12,975 nucleotides of DNA from Vitrella brassicaformis CCMP3155 (lineage: Eukaryota > Protista > Chromerida). The stretch spans positions 1 through 12,975 of the forward strand of contig CDMY01000886.1 of the NCBI GenBank assembly GCA_001179505.1. Direction: 5' to 3'. The first letter of the stretch is position 1, and every line of letters starts with the position of its first letter. Made by a program: the position numbers and the translations under genes. A model generated the notes under the pieces. That model saw only the letters and a program-made list of their open reading frames with translations, was not told the origin of the DNA and made no database searches. Shown in pieces: positions 1-9,099 of this stretch.

Positions 1-505
1 TCGCGCTCAGCAGCCGTCTGATGATCTTGGGGAAGGGGATGCGCTCCTCTCCCTGCCGGAGCCCATGCTTCGACAAGTTGAGGTAGCCCAGCAGATGCTC
101 GAACCGCCAGCCGGACGGCCCTGGTGCTGCGCCTTTTGCTGCTGAGCGGAGTGCCTTCGCGAGCATCTTGGGTGGGACGTCAAGTGCCTCGGGCTCCACG
201 TTGACGTCCGGCTTGGTGACGGGCGTGTTGCGTGAGGGGTGGAGGGCTTGCAGCTTGGCGTATGTCTCCTCCGTGGCTGGGGCGACTGGGGTGGAGTCCA
301 GCTTCTTGGCCGCTCGTGTGAATTCCCCAAGCTCCACTAGCCGCTTGGCTGTCATGAACGCCCTCTGCGTTGCCGTGTCGTGGGTGGGGTGGGCGGGTGT
401 GGGGTGGATGGCCGGTGTCGTCTCGGTGCTCTTTGGTGCGAAATCGGCTCCCTCGCATAGCAGCAGCTCCCATTCCCCCTCCCAAAACAGCCGAAATCTA
501 TTGAC
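1..505 (-). mobile_element. CRE-like (RLE-class) non-LTR retrotransposon ORF fragment: region immediately N-terminal to the RT core, open to the left window edge
   Basis: A minus frame missing from the ORF track (no stop before the edge) is open from 505 to 2. It reads VNRFRLFWEGEWELL...RAFMTAKRLVELGEFTRAAKKLDSTPVAPATEETYAKLQALHP...MLAKALRSAAKGAAPGPSGWRFEHLLGYL. The R..F..G.W..L, LV..GE...A...L and LRSA..G.APGPSG...EHL blocks are typical of the pre-RT region of CRE-type elements. TGA at 508-506 bounds the frame. Confidence 0.85.
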
Positions 506-603
506 TCACTGGGGCCGTCGATGATGATGCAATCGTCGTCGTGGTCTGCATTGCCGTCTCCGTCTCCCTGCCCCTGCCTGCCGTCATGCACCTGTCCACT
601 CAC

Positions 604-891
604 GCCGTCGTACCTTGATGCAAGTTGCTCGGGGGCCTCGTCTACGGCAGCTCGTGAGATGTCCGTTGCAATAGCGGCAGGACGGAGGAGAATTTCATGC
701 TGCTGCATCGCATCCAACAACTCCAGAGTGCACTCTTCTCGACAGGAGGGGCATGTTGAGTGGCGGGTCAGCCAGCGTTCCACGCACTGGCGGTGGAAAA
801 CGTGCTGCTCGGCACAGGGCAGGGTGATGAAGTCGAGGCGCTCGCCGCGTTCTTGGCAGATTAAACATTCAAGGTCCTCGGTTGCCATTGG
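604..891 (-). CDS. Exon encoding a RING-H2 (C3H2C3) zinc finger, putative E3 ubiquitin ligase domain (domain 742-867)
   Basis: CLICQERGERLDFITLPCAEQHVFHRQCVERWLTRHSTCPSCR gives C-x2-C-x13-C-x3-H-x2-H-x2-C-x10-C-x2-C with the conserved Trp. Flanked by acceptor tctcag (893-892) and donor gtgagt (603), both phase 0. Confidence 0.92.
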
Positions 892-1215
892 CTGAGACGT
901 AACACATCCATGGAAACACCAGAAAAGAAACAGACACACCTTTCCTACTTCGGTCTGATCGCCACGACTGCCAGCAGTCTCGGTAGTATCCTGCACGTTG
1001 CCCTACAGAGAAAGAAAGTTGCAGAGCGCATGCATATTCATAGTGGCACACATCTCATCCCTCGTCCACTCAGTTGTTCACCTGCTCTTCATCGCTCAAA
1101 CTCCGTCCCGTCGCGACCGTTGGGTTCTCGGGCTGTGTGGTTTCATCACGATGCCCCTGCACAGAAAGTTTCGGAGCGCATTCACAGTCTCACACATTCT
1201 CTTTCTCATACTGAC

Positions 1216-1598
1216 ATGGCGGCGAAAATACAGCTCCGGCTCCAAAAGTTCATCCACATCATCATCTTCTTCATTCTGCTGGGTTGGCTCCTCTCTCTGC
1301 TGCTGCTGGCGCTCCAGCCGAACAATGAGAGGTACAAGCTCCTCTTCGTCGTCCTCGCTGCTCTGCGAGTCGTCTTCGTTGACAAAATGATGCTGTTGTT
1401 GAGTGTCCGGCTGCTGCTGCTGTGGCGTCTCGTGCTGCTGCTGCAGTGTCTCCTGCTGCTGTGGTGTCGCCTCGCCATACACAAACTCCTCGCCATGCGC
1501 AGCTGCGTCCTCCGGCTGGTCTTGGTATGGCGTGTCGTTCCCTGGGGCTGCCTCAGAGAAGCCATCCTCATCTTCGTTGTCCATCTGCATTCTCGGGC
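1216..1598 (-). CDS. Exon encoding an acidic, Gln-rich disordered linker between the OTU-like and RING domains
   Basis: MDNEDEDGFSEAAPG...QQQETLQQQHETPQQQQPDTQQQHH...EDDEEEL...EEDDDVDELLEPELYFRRH. Acceptor ttgcag at 1600-1599 follows a (GT)12 tract; donor gtcagt is at 1215. Confidence 0.65.
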
Positions 1599-1608
1599 CT
1601 GCAAGCAC

Positions 1609-1632
1609 CACACACACACACACACACACACA
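1609..1632 (+). repeat. (CA)12 microsatellite, intronic
   Basis: Direct read of the sequence. Confidence 0.95.
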
Positions 1633-1699
1633 TCCCACAATGCCTCTATGTCTTCTCTCTATTTTCCTCTACTTCCAAGTTGGGATGCTTGAAAGCCGC

Positions 1700-2170
1700 C
1701 CTCGCCTACGAGCCCCATCCAATGGCCGCCAGTTGTCAATACGTCGAAACTCACGCCGCTCGTTGACGGGTTTTCGACGTGCCGAAGGGAAATCGGCACC
1801 CTGCTGCTTCTTGAATAGACAGTTGTGCCCGACGAAGCTATCTCTTGCTCGTTCGCTAAAATGTAGACCCGCCCACGCACCTCTCGCATTCGGAAAAAGG
1901 CGATCATCTCCGTCACCGTCAACGACGCCCCGGGAGTGCTCATGTACGCGAGATACTCAACAAAGGACAGCCCCGAGATGTCCAGGTGCTCGGGAGGGAG
2001 ATGCGCTTGGCCGTCGGGGCTCTCGACCTCACACAGCGGCAGGAAATAGTCCGGGTTCTGCCGCATGTAATCCACAATCTCGCTCCGAAGCTGTGTCTCT
2101 CCGCCGTTGCAACTTCACTGAAGTTCTGGCACAGGGCCGCAAGACCATACTCTCCCGCTCCTGGCATGTC
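1700..2170 (-). pseudogene. Degenerate OTU-like (ovarian tumour) cysteine protease/deubiquitinase domain with a frameshift
   Basis: DMPGAGEYGLAAL aligns with the OTU motif xxPGDGNCLFRAL, with Tyr (2149-2147) at the catalytic Cys position. A frameshift lies at about 2094-2114. Then QLRSEIVDYMRQNPDYF...SFVEYLAYMSTPG...EMIAF...RVYIL...ISLRH...GGHWMGL matches the OTU helical core and His loop (His at 1724-1722). Confidence 0.6.
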
Positions 2171-2469
2171 GATGGCACGAAACAACTCGCCGCTTTGGTA
2201 GTCGACGGCCCTGTCGCGTACAATTCTGCCGATACTGACGGCAGGCAAGCTTGGTGGTGGCACACCTCCTACAATCACACACGAGACGACGTGTCCTTTG
2301 CAAATCTATCTTTTTTGTCACTTCTGGCGCACTTGTTTTTGCTTGTGGTGCTGACTTCCACCCCGTCTTCTTCGCGGTGTGTAACGTCTTTCGTACTGTC
2401 CCTGACATGCAAAGACCAACGGTATCCACAAGTGCACCAAATCGATTCAACTTACATCTCTGTGCGTAC

Positions 2470-2829
2470 CTGTCTTCGGTTTTGATTTCGGTGTCTCTTC
2501 ATCCTGCCCGCCTCTGTCTCTGCGACGACGGCGGGTTGATCGTGACGGTGACGGTGGTGGCGGCGGAGGTGGTGGTGTTGGAGGCGGCGGGACAGACGGT
2601 GATGGTGTCGACGGCGAAGTCGAATCATTTCCACCTGCAACACACAGAATATATCGCCAGCACCCGCAGATGTACACACAAATTCGCTGTCCCGTACTTG
2701 AGTGTGGCGCCTTCGCTTTTGCTTGCGGTGCCCCAGTCTGCGATTCAGAGGACGCGGGCGCCTTTGCCGAGGGCGGAGGCGGAGGTGGAGGCGGAGGCGG
2801 TGGTGGCATCGCGTCACTGTCGGATTGCG
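2470..2829 (-). CDS. Two exons (2829-2698, 2634-2470) encoding poly-proline/Ser-rich linkers
   Basis: MPPPPPPPPPPPPSAKAP and SPSTPSPSVPPPPTPPPPPPPPSPSRSTRRRRRDR, joined by the phase-1 intron 2697-2635 (gtacgg...ttgcag). Confidence 0.6.
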
Positions 2830-2892
2830 CTGCGGAAACGAAGAGACACACAATACTAGGCGTGTATGGCCTTGTCTCATATTAGCTCTCGC

Positions 2893-3519
2893 CTGCTGTA
2901 GAGGACCGCGGCATAAAAGTTTCCGGCGCTGCGACCTTGACGGGCGGCGGCTCATATGTGGCTCGCGGCAGGCCAACGATAGGGTCTCCCTTACGGCGCG
3001 GCAGTCGCAGGGACGAATCGACGGGGTCAAGTCGGATAATCTTGTGCTTCTGGATGCGGGTGTCGATCCCCCCGTACTTGAATTTGTAGTGGTCGTCGCC
3101 CTTGGACAGCGTGCGCAGATCCACTCCCATCTCGTTCACGCGACGACAAAACTCACGCGCCTTCACAGATGCACGAGGCAGCAAAACAGACAAAAAACAA
3201 GTACAAAGAGACATCCCTCTGTAATCGATCAGCTCACAAATGGGTAGAGCAAATCGATGGAGACGCGGTTCTCCTGCATTGCCAGACGGAACTTCTCGTC
3301 CGCCAACACACCATACATGCGCGTGCTCACAAACACCTCTCCCTCTTCCGGCTTGTTGCGCGCCTCGTCGTACGTGTCTCCATACGTGAAGTACAGCAGC
3401 GTGACTTCTGCCACACCGGCGCGAGTTATCTGGCATGCCGGACAGCCCTGGTCCGCCTTGTTCTTGATCGCTTTGTATGGGCGCCCATCACACGCATGTC
3501 CTGTGCAGGTCGGCTCAAT
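2893..3519 (-). CDS. Two exons (3519-3238, 3160-2893) encoding a Cys/His-containing globular region of unknown family
   Basis: IEPTCTGHACDGRPYKAIKNKADQGCPACQIT...IDLLYPF|AREFCRRVNEMGVDLRTLSKGDDHYKFKYGG..., joined by the phase-0 intron 3237-3161 (gtgagc...gtgaag). Confidence 0.6.
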
Positions 3520-5358
3520 CTGGAGCACAAAATGTTCATCAAACAGACACACTGCAACTCGCCAGAAACCAAATCGATCATCGACATTACCTCGATTGCT
3601 TTCAGATGGATGCGTTGGTTGCAAACACTGACATTCGCGTCGCCTGGACCGTGAATGGGCGCTGGATGCACAGGGGGTTTTGCAGGACAACGGGGATAAG
3701 AGGGTATCTTGTCTCCACTACAGGTGTGCTGCGAACAGCAAATCCAATCCAATTAAAGCTGCGACAGACCTCGCGTATATGTGTATGTGCATTCTTACTC
3801 GTCTTTCATGTGTGAGAATATCTTTGGTGCACAAAGAATGCAGTCGTCGGACAGCATCAGTCGACTGTGTTCGAGTCTGGCGTAGTTCATGAGGATTTTT
3901 AAGTCCTGGCGCCCTCCGATTGCACACAGATTACCTGACCAGATGCCGTCGTGATGCTACAACCAAACAGACGCCAACCAACCAACAAACACCAAACACT
4001 GGACATCCAAGAGACCCTCCTTTCGCTTACGCCAGAAAATTCATATATGTATCCGACGCAGCGTTGCCTTTGAGGTCTTTCAGACCATACTGCTTCGTCT
4101 TCTGTAAAGGAGTCACACGCTTTGTGTGCACCCAGCAGCAGAAGAGGAATGTGTGTTTGTAGTCAAATGTTGGGTCCTCATATCTTGTGAGGCTCATTTC
4201 CTACTGCCAGCGTACTGCGCTCGACTCGTCTCCATTCGCAGACAACCCCAGCCTTGCGTAGATCCTGTTCAGCTGTACCTCTGTCGAATCGTTACTTCCA
4301 GTGATGTCCCGAAACGAATGCGCCGACTGCAGACCGGCACGCGACAACGGCCGCTGACGTGCGACTCCGCTTGCTGCTGCTGTTGCTGCTGTTGCTGGGT
4401 GCGCTGCATGTTGCCGTACAGTGTGTGCATTAGCCGATTCCACAGCCGAGCTAGGGCGGCGTCGTACCCACGTTGTTGTTCGCTTGTGTTTGAACCTAAA
4501 GACCATACACAAACGCACACACGCAAAGACACACAGCCACAAGCAATAGAAACTGACTGTGTCGCTTTCCTGACTGCCCGAACGCTTCTCCACTTGACGT
4601 TCCACTCGCGTCTCGCTGGTCATACAATTGCACTTCGCGTGCAATCACCCACGAGTACATCCGGTTGATCGGCTCAAAGCACACGGTCTCGAAAAACCCA
4701 CATGTGTACCTATTCCCCACGCGGTCGAGGTGCAGCGACAGCTCCAACATCCATCGGTGAAGACGACCCACGATTTTCGACACAATTCGGAATGCCTTCA
4801 ATGGAAAAACACACATCCAATGCCGCCACCACCACTCTCATTCATGTCTCGATACCGTGAGAGTCGCTTGAACGCTCGCTCTATCCGTCTGAGAGCGATG
4901 AAAGGTATTTCGAGTCGTGTACAGCCTGTTCCACCCTCCAGACTGCTGTATCTGAATACAGAGCCACAGAATGCATTCTCGCCTGCGAGACATAATGAGC
5001 ACTCACCATAAACGGTGCATGCGAATTCTGCCGGATGTGCATGTGTGACAGTCGTGCGCTGTGCACACGTACTAAAGGCACGTGCAGTGCACCCATCACA
5101 ATATTTCCATTCGTGCTGTGCATCAGTTTGTTCCACATTCGAGAAGTGAGCTTCAGCACCTGCAATGGCCAACATGTAAGGTCGTATACAGACTTTGTAT
5201 TCAACTCACCTGCTGCACGTAAGTTTTGCAGATGTTGCCGTGCATCGCATGCATCTGACGGTTGTGCTGTCGGCGGTGACGTCGGTTGTAGCGTCTCACC
5301 GCTCGCAGCGCTCCTTGAATCCTCTCCAACTCTACATACACAACGACACGTCACTTTG

Positions 5359-5378
5359 TCTCTCTCTCTCTCTCTCTC
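5359..5378 (+). repeat. (TC)10 microsatellite, intronic
   Basis: Direct read of the sequence. Confidence 0.95.
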
Positions 5379-7116
5379 TTTGTCCCACCTCGCATCTTGA
5401 GGGTGGCCTCATATCTCACTAAGCAATCCACTCTGCCCACCACATGCAGAAGGATAGACACCTGAAATTCACATACATACACACGCACGTGCGCACAGCA
5501 TGGCCATGCACACACATGTCGCGCCGAGTGTGTACAGTGAATAGCTGGAGATCCTCAAACCACTCGACCCCCCAAGCCACCGCGACCGCAATCGACAGAC
5601 AGAACTGACACATAAAAATAACGAGATGCCATGACGTGCGAAAGTTCTTGTCTCAACACACCTACCGTCAGAGCATCGAACGGTTTGAAATAATTCAGGA
5701 CTCCCAGGAGGGCGAATTATACGATGAGTCCTCCGATGCTTTCCGTCGCTTCATAACCAAACAACGACCCCCACCCTACCATCCAAGCTCCCAAACATAG
5801 AAGCGCGACAATCCCAATCGTCCGCATCCAGAAACCACTTAGACTGGGCAGCAAGACACAATTTTCCTCAGTCTCCCATCTGTTTTCTTCTTGCAAGTGT
5901 ACAGGAGCATTACTTTTCCGTTCGGCGCTTACGCTTTCTCGTCCATGGCCCGTTTTCCTTCTGGAGCGTCCATCGACGCATTCGCTTCTCGTACATGAGG
6001 CTCGAGCGCCAGCTATCGTCCGTCTCAAACTGTACGCACAATCATTCCAACACACACCAACACGCAAACACGATTACACACAAAGACACCATGTGTCTCC
6101 CCTCCTCTTTCGACGTCTTCCTCCATGTGTCTCACCATTTCGTGGTCCTCTAGGTCGCTCTGGTTGTCGGTGGGTGGGCTGGTGTTTGTTGCGTTTCGAA
6201 AGAACGCCTCGGCGCCCTCTGTGTTGTCCGCATCTGTGACGATATACGATATCGCCGATATCTGATGACCACACATATGATCGACAATTCCTGCCGCTTC
6301 GGTCACCTCCATCACCTGTCTCCGTACCAAATCGGAGTATTTGAAACATGTACCATTGTCTTCGCACACGATCGTGCACAGAAGGTCCAGACCATCTTCC
6401 TGCACACAATGTCATTTCCCTTCCTCCTCGCATCCCTTGCCTTGCTGCGTACCATATCGAAATACGCAGGAGTCGAAAAATCAAAGTCGTCCCACATGGT
6501 TGTGGTCGTGAGGGGGCTGTCGGTTGATGGAACTAAAAAGCCGCAGATGTCTCCACCCTGAAAATGCACCTGATATCGGGCCACACAGGCAAAGAGCAAC
6601 ACAAAACGTACGAACCGACGCAGAACTCATCTTTTCGTCTCTTCTCTGTCCGACAGGTGAGGGCCCCATAAAGATCCACCCCATACCTGCCATTCGACGC
6701 TTGGCACAAGTCTGTCGGTCGCTCTCATGGCGAAGACCACCACAAAGGCCACCAAACAAATCATCCACATCGCCTCTTCCTTCTCTGACAACAAACACAA
6801 CCTCCTCGGTCCTTAAACACTAGACAGGAACAGATTGCCAAGCATCATCATCAATCGTTCATTCATGAGCATTATCGGCCAATCAGCCATGAACAATTGT
6901 CCGTCGAAGTTTCGAAGAAGGTTCGTTCACGTAAATCAACGTTGTCCGCTCGCATCGCAATGCAGAAAGCAACAAACTGCCACATGCAACTGTCAACCGG
7001 AACAGCTTCCATGCTCGACGCTCCTCAATACCCTCGGCAGCTTGTTCAGGCCCCCATTGCGCCCCCTGCCCCCCGTCTCCCGACCTACATTTTACGGAGC
7101 CGTTTCCTAAAGACAT

Positions 7117-7170
7117 GGCAAACCCTAATTTGACCCAAGGCAAACCCTAATAGAAAAAACCTTTTGACCC
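7117..7170 (+). promoter_or_regulatory. Tandem telo-box-like motifs: GGCAAACCCTAAT x2 (7117-7129, 7139-7151) and TTTGACCC x2
   Basis: A 13-bp exact direct repeat with a 22-bp period contains AAACCCTAA, the reverse complement of TTTAGGG-type telomeric units. An opposite-orientation TTTAGGGT lies at 7358-7365. Confidence 0.6.
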
Positions 7171-7212
7171 TACGAGTTCGTATAGCCGAGTATATTTTTT
7201 ACACCTCCAAAC

Positions 7213-7243
7213 GCGACCGCCTTCGGTTCACGGGGGCGGTCGC
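7213..7243 (+). other. GC-rich 13-bp stem-loop
   Basis: GCGACCGCCTTCG-GTTCA-CGGGGGCGGTCGC: 11 Watson-Crick pairs plus 2 G-T pairs, with a 5-nt loop. Confidence 0.85.
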
Positions 7244-7612
7244 TCTTACACGAAAGACGGCCGGCTGGCAGGGGGACAAGAAGGGCTGCAAGCGGCCGCT
7301 GACCGTAGCGAGCTATGCGAGCTAATTAGATGTTGGTGTGTTCACTTTGTGGTGGTGTTTAGGGTAAGATTGTCCGTGTGTCCATGCGCTGGGACGGTCG
7401 ATTACATGTTCGCATCTAAACTATTGACAGCAACGATCAAAGCATTCGCTACCTACTCAGGCTCGCCCACCCACCCACCCCCTGCAATCAACGAGGGTGG
7501 AAAGGCCCCCGCTCTAGCAACAGCCCCTCGGCAAAACCCGCCCTCTCCTGCCCATTCCACCTGCTTCCCCGCCACGCCCTGCTCCGCACCATGTGTGCGT
7601 TGGACCTGGACC

Positions 7613-8454
7613 TATTTAGCAGTCGATGAAGCTCGTTTAGTTGGCTACGCAAGAATGAAACTCGGTCCGCTGGCTAAGCAGCCTTATTCATTGGTTGGTC
7701 AATTGGATGGCGAAGTTCAAGCTCTATTGCCCCTGACGACACCCTGGCGAACCATTATTGTCGCAAGGAGCCCGGGAGAACTATTGGAACGCAACTACTT
7801 AATCCTGAACCTGAATGACCCTTGCGCGCTGTCCGACACGTCCTGGATTCGGCCCGGTAAAGTGCATCGTGAGATAACTCTAGCAACAGCAGGAGAAAGG
7901 CATGCGTCGATTTCGCCGCCGCAAACGGACTGCAACATGCAGGCAACATGTCGAGTTTGATGCGGGCTGGTATGGAAACGAGGATTCTCTTAAGTCCCCT
8001 GCCACAACCGTATCAGTCGATCCGAAACGGTCTTTGGGTCCGCTCGATCTCCTCGAGGTCATTGAATACGCCCAGCAGCGAGGGATCGGAATCATTCTCT
8101 ACGTCAATCGACGAGCCCTAGAGCGGCAACTCGACGAGATACTTCCGCTCTTTGAGAATCTCAATGGGGTGTCATTGGAGTGAAATATGGATTTGTTCAA
8201 GTTGGCTCGCAACGATGGACAAGCTGGTTGCACAAAGCGGTTCGCCAAGCAGCTGAACACCGCCTGATGGTCGACGTGCATGATGAATATCGTCCAACCG
8301 GCTACAGCCGCACTTATCCCAACCTGATGACGCAAGTGGGAATTGGGGGCGACGAAAGCAGCCCCACAAACAAACAAAACGCTGACTATCCTTTTTACTC
8401 GCATGTTGGCCGGAGCTGGGGACAACACGATCTGTTATCTTACCTCGTGTGGCC
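7613..8454 (+). pseudogene. Glycoside hydrolase family 97 (SusB-like alpha-glucosidase family) fragment, bacterial type, intronless, with at least 4 frameshifts
   Basis: Reassembled across frames: YLAVDEARLVGYARMKL...TPWRTIIVARSPGELLERNYLILNLNDPCALSDTSWIRPGKVHREITL..G/KACVDFAAANGLQH/VEFDAGWYGNE...VDPKRSLGPLDL.EVIEYAQQRGIGIILYVNRRALERQLDEILPLFE/WGVIGVKYGFVQVGSQRWTSWLHKAVRQAAEHRLMVDVHDEYRPTGYSRTYPNLMTQVGIGGDE/LFTRMLAGAGDNTICY. Frame breaks are at about 7896, 7939, 8160 and 8378. Both termini of the enzyme are missing. Confidence 0.92.
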
Positions 8455-9099
8455 AGTTTCTTCATGTGTGCAAACTTCATAAGCACCAGGATGACCCGCG
8501 TGAGCTTTCACCTTGGTGACGAATACGTCAGGATCCGACCGTGTCTCACCTTTGTATACTGACTTTCACACTGTATGGCGAGCACTAAATTATGACTATA
8601 TACTGAAGATTATAGACGAAGAGAATGTTGACGAATACCTCGCTTTGCGGTTTTGAAAGTAAACCAAAAAACGGCTTGGGAACTCAGCCATCAGTGCGTC
8701 ATGTAATTGTAATGCATCGGTCCCTTTGAGGGAGTGATACGAGCCTCACTGGGGCGCAAAGTCCGGCTCCAGACGAGACGCCAGCTATCGGCCACCTATC
8801 GGCCGTCTTCGAGCCCCTTCACGCCCTGCCCTGCTGGCGCACACACATTGAGACCGGTCTCGTCCAATCCGTCGGTCACTGATCCAACTTCGGACACCTT
8901 ATGTTGTGAACTATCAATCGCGTGTCTGCTCCTGATTGTGGCTGTTGGTGTGAAAACAAGACCCCCTGACGCTTTTCTGCATACAGCTGAAGTTGAGAAG
9001 GATTATTAGTTGCCTCAAGTCAACGCTTCGGACCAGGTATCATGTCAATGCCTACGACGGTGCTGACAAGCCTGCACGCTGTGTCACGTCATAGTTTAG

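Larger units (their letters stand above)
510..6770 (-). pseudogene. Large multi-exon gene model (about 25 exons), partly decayed: hydrophobic N-terminus, WNxLMH repeats, Cys-rich region, Pro-rich linkers, OTU-like domain, acidic linker, RING-H2. It may be more than one gene.
   Basis: Phase-consistent GT/GC-AG introns were found by hand, e.g. first exon 6770-6687 (MWMICLVAFVVVFAMRATDRLVPSVEWQ) and introns 3237-3161, 2892-2830, 2697-2635, 1215-1133, 1081-1003, 948-892 and 603-546. Several junctions at 3600-4700 and 5700-5950 do not close in phase. There is an in-frame stop near 5717 and a frameshift near 2100. Confidence 0.5.

Noticed and set aside
168-2859. Long plus-strand ORFs (910-1692, 1403-2485, 2251-2859 and others)
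   Set aside because: These are antisense shadows of GC-rich, low-complexity minus-strand exons (poly-L/C/V mirrors poly-Q/P). They show no motifs or splice support.
3200-6770. KDZ/Zisupton, Helitron Rep or other transposase identity for the large gene
   Set aside because: I could not find a convincing catalytic DDE, HUH or helicase motif in any assembled frame, so the product is left unknown.
7117-7151. True telomere or chromosome-healing site
   Set aside because: There are only two non-adjacent units embedded in longer repeats, not a tandem telomeric array.
8455-8660. Continuation of GH97 (TVW and EYLALR-like words)
   Set aside because: The expected QLAKAV/YSPWQFLYWYD block is absent, and the short matches are too weak to extend the call.
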